6,082 bases of DNA from a virus. The notes beneath the pieces are model-generated. The model searched no databases. It was given only the letters and a program-made list of their open reading frames with translations, and was not told the origin of the DNA. A program made the position numbers and the translations under genes. The DNA lies in IMG/VR virus record IMGVR_UViG_3300020029_000044, positions 1 to 6,082 of that record; one strand, given 5' to 3'. Positions 5,441 to 6,082 of the stretch are shown here, in pieces; positions within the stretch are counted from its first letter, which is position 1, and every line of letters starts with the position of its first letter.

Positions 5441-5442
5441 TT

Positions 5443-6082
5443 ATGGCCTGCCAGTCTCCCATATGGATTCGCAACCGTCGTTATTACGACAGTAAGAACC
5501 CTTCCCGTTCTGGATCTGACGTCGCGCGTTCTGCGCTTGCGCTTCGCCCCTGGGATGTTTCCCGTCAGTGGCTCATGGTCCCTTGTGGCAGGTGTGATGA
5601 CTGTCTCCGTCGTCTTCGCAATGATTGGTTCGTTCGCCTGGAGCGCGAGTTGGCTCGTTGTAGAGCTGAATCGCAGCAGGCTATTTTTATTACCATAACT
5701 ATCAATCCCTCTCATTATAACGCTGCGCTTCTCGATCCTGCTTCATTTATTCGAAAATGGAATGAGAGAATCCGCCATCGGATTGGCCATTCCTTTAAGC
5801 ATTGTTTTTTTCAGGAATTCGGCACGCATCCGGAAATCGGATCTGAGCCTCGTCTTCATTTTCATGGATTCCTGTTTGCAACAAACGTCCTGTATAATGA
5901 AATTCGATCTGCCGTTTCTGATCTTGGGTTCGTCTGGCTTTCAAAGGCCACACTTAAGCGCGCGCGGTACTGTGTTAAATATGTTGTTAAACAGATTGGA
6001 TTTGATTTTGAACAAATCCGAGATAAGTATGTTACTGTAGATGGAAAAATTCAATCATTGTCTTCCCTTCTTGAGCACAAAC
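5443..6082 (+). CDS. VP4: Replication initiation protein (Microviridae VP4 / phiX174 gpA-like HUH rolling-circle endonuclease), N-terminal part; continues at 1..552
   Basis: ATG at 5443. Frame 1 stays open to the last base of the window. 5962 is a codon start and equals position 1, so the ORF continues in frame 1 to TGA 550..552 (1071 nt, 356 aa in total). My translation begins MACQSPIWIRNRRYY. It contains PCGRCDDC (5581..5604), FITITI (5686..5703, HUH motif I) and RLHFHGFLF (HFH at 5857..5865, HUH motif II). It also contains YCVKYVVK (5968..5991 = 7..30, two-tyrosine motif III; compare phiX174 gpA YVAKYVNK). The ORF is not in the supplied track because there is no in-window stop. Confidence 0.93.
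   Translation, partial: MACQSPIWIRNRRYYDSKNPSRSGSDVARSALALRPWDVSRQWLMVPCGRCDDCLRRLRNDWFVRLERELARCRAESQQAIFITITINPSHYNAALLDPASFIRKWNERIRHRIGHSFKHCFFQEFGTHPEIGSEPRLHFHGFLFATNVLYNEIRSAVSDLGFVWLSKATLKRARYCVKYVVKQIGFDFEQIRDKYVTVDGKIQSLSSLLEHK
5962..6082. repeat. Terminal direct repeat, copy 2 (same sequence as 1..121)
   Basis: Identical to 1..121; the offset is exactly 5961 nt. Confidence 0.97.

Noticed and set aside
322-5715. All minus-strand ORFs in the track (322..540, 918..1484, 1517..1705, 1677..1949, 2376..2588, 3040..3222, 3310..3597, 4006..4377, 4047..4259, 4901..5083, 5108..5428, 5437..5715)
   Set aside because: Each is antisense to a well-supported + strand gene or, for 5108..5428, to ORF65 plus the structured spacer. 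Their translations are low-complexity R/S/T/G/N-rich strings typical of antisense frames. Microviridae express a single strand. None shows a recognisable motif.
589-6040. +1-frame ORFs nested in VP1 (589..810, 976..1401, 1426..1728, 1984..2235), VP2 (3860..4045, 4055..4255) and Rep (5762..6040)
   Set aside because: They are all in the same relative frame (+1 to the host gene) and all hydrophobic and Leu/Phe/Ile-rich. T-rich third codon positions of the real genes become second positions in that frame. This depletes stop codons and generates hydrophobic codons, so their length is a compositional artefact. Several start at non-ATG codons.

Overview
The window is one complete circular genome of a Microviridae-type ssDNA phage (gokushovirus/alpavirus-like, not phiX-like). 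Unit length is 5961 nt, written with a 121-nt wrap-around (1..121 is identical to 5962..6082). All supportable genes are on the + strand. The HUH rolling-circle replication initiator (VP4) is split across the window ends (5443..6082, continuing at 1..552) and is absent from the ORF track because it has no stop inside the window. The other recognisable genes are the major capsid protein VP1 (555..2348) and a large pilot/minor-capsid protein VP2 (2989..4359). Six small ORFs have no family I can recognise. Five points deserve follow-up. (1) A 68-nt three-way-junction element sits in the only long non-coding region (5075..5242). (2) An overlapping ORF pair at 2680..2986 encodes a very basic protein and a 65-aa prolipoprotein-like protein; the latter is a candidate lysis or exclusion factor in a phage group with no known lysis gene. 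(3) A 1.1-kb ORFan module lies between VP2 and Rep, with a Bacteroidota-style promoter motif and a small AP2-like putative DNA-binding protein. (4) A stop-TT-ATG junction recurs three times. (5) No start codon has a Shine-Dalgarno motif, which points to a Bacteroidota-like host. I saw no rRNA, tRNA, CRISPR array, transposase or integrase.
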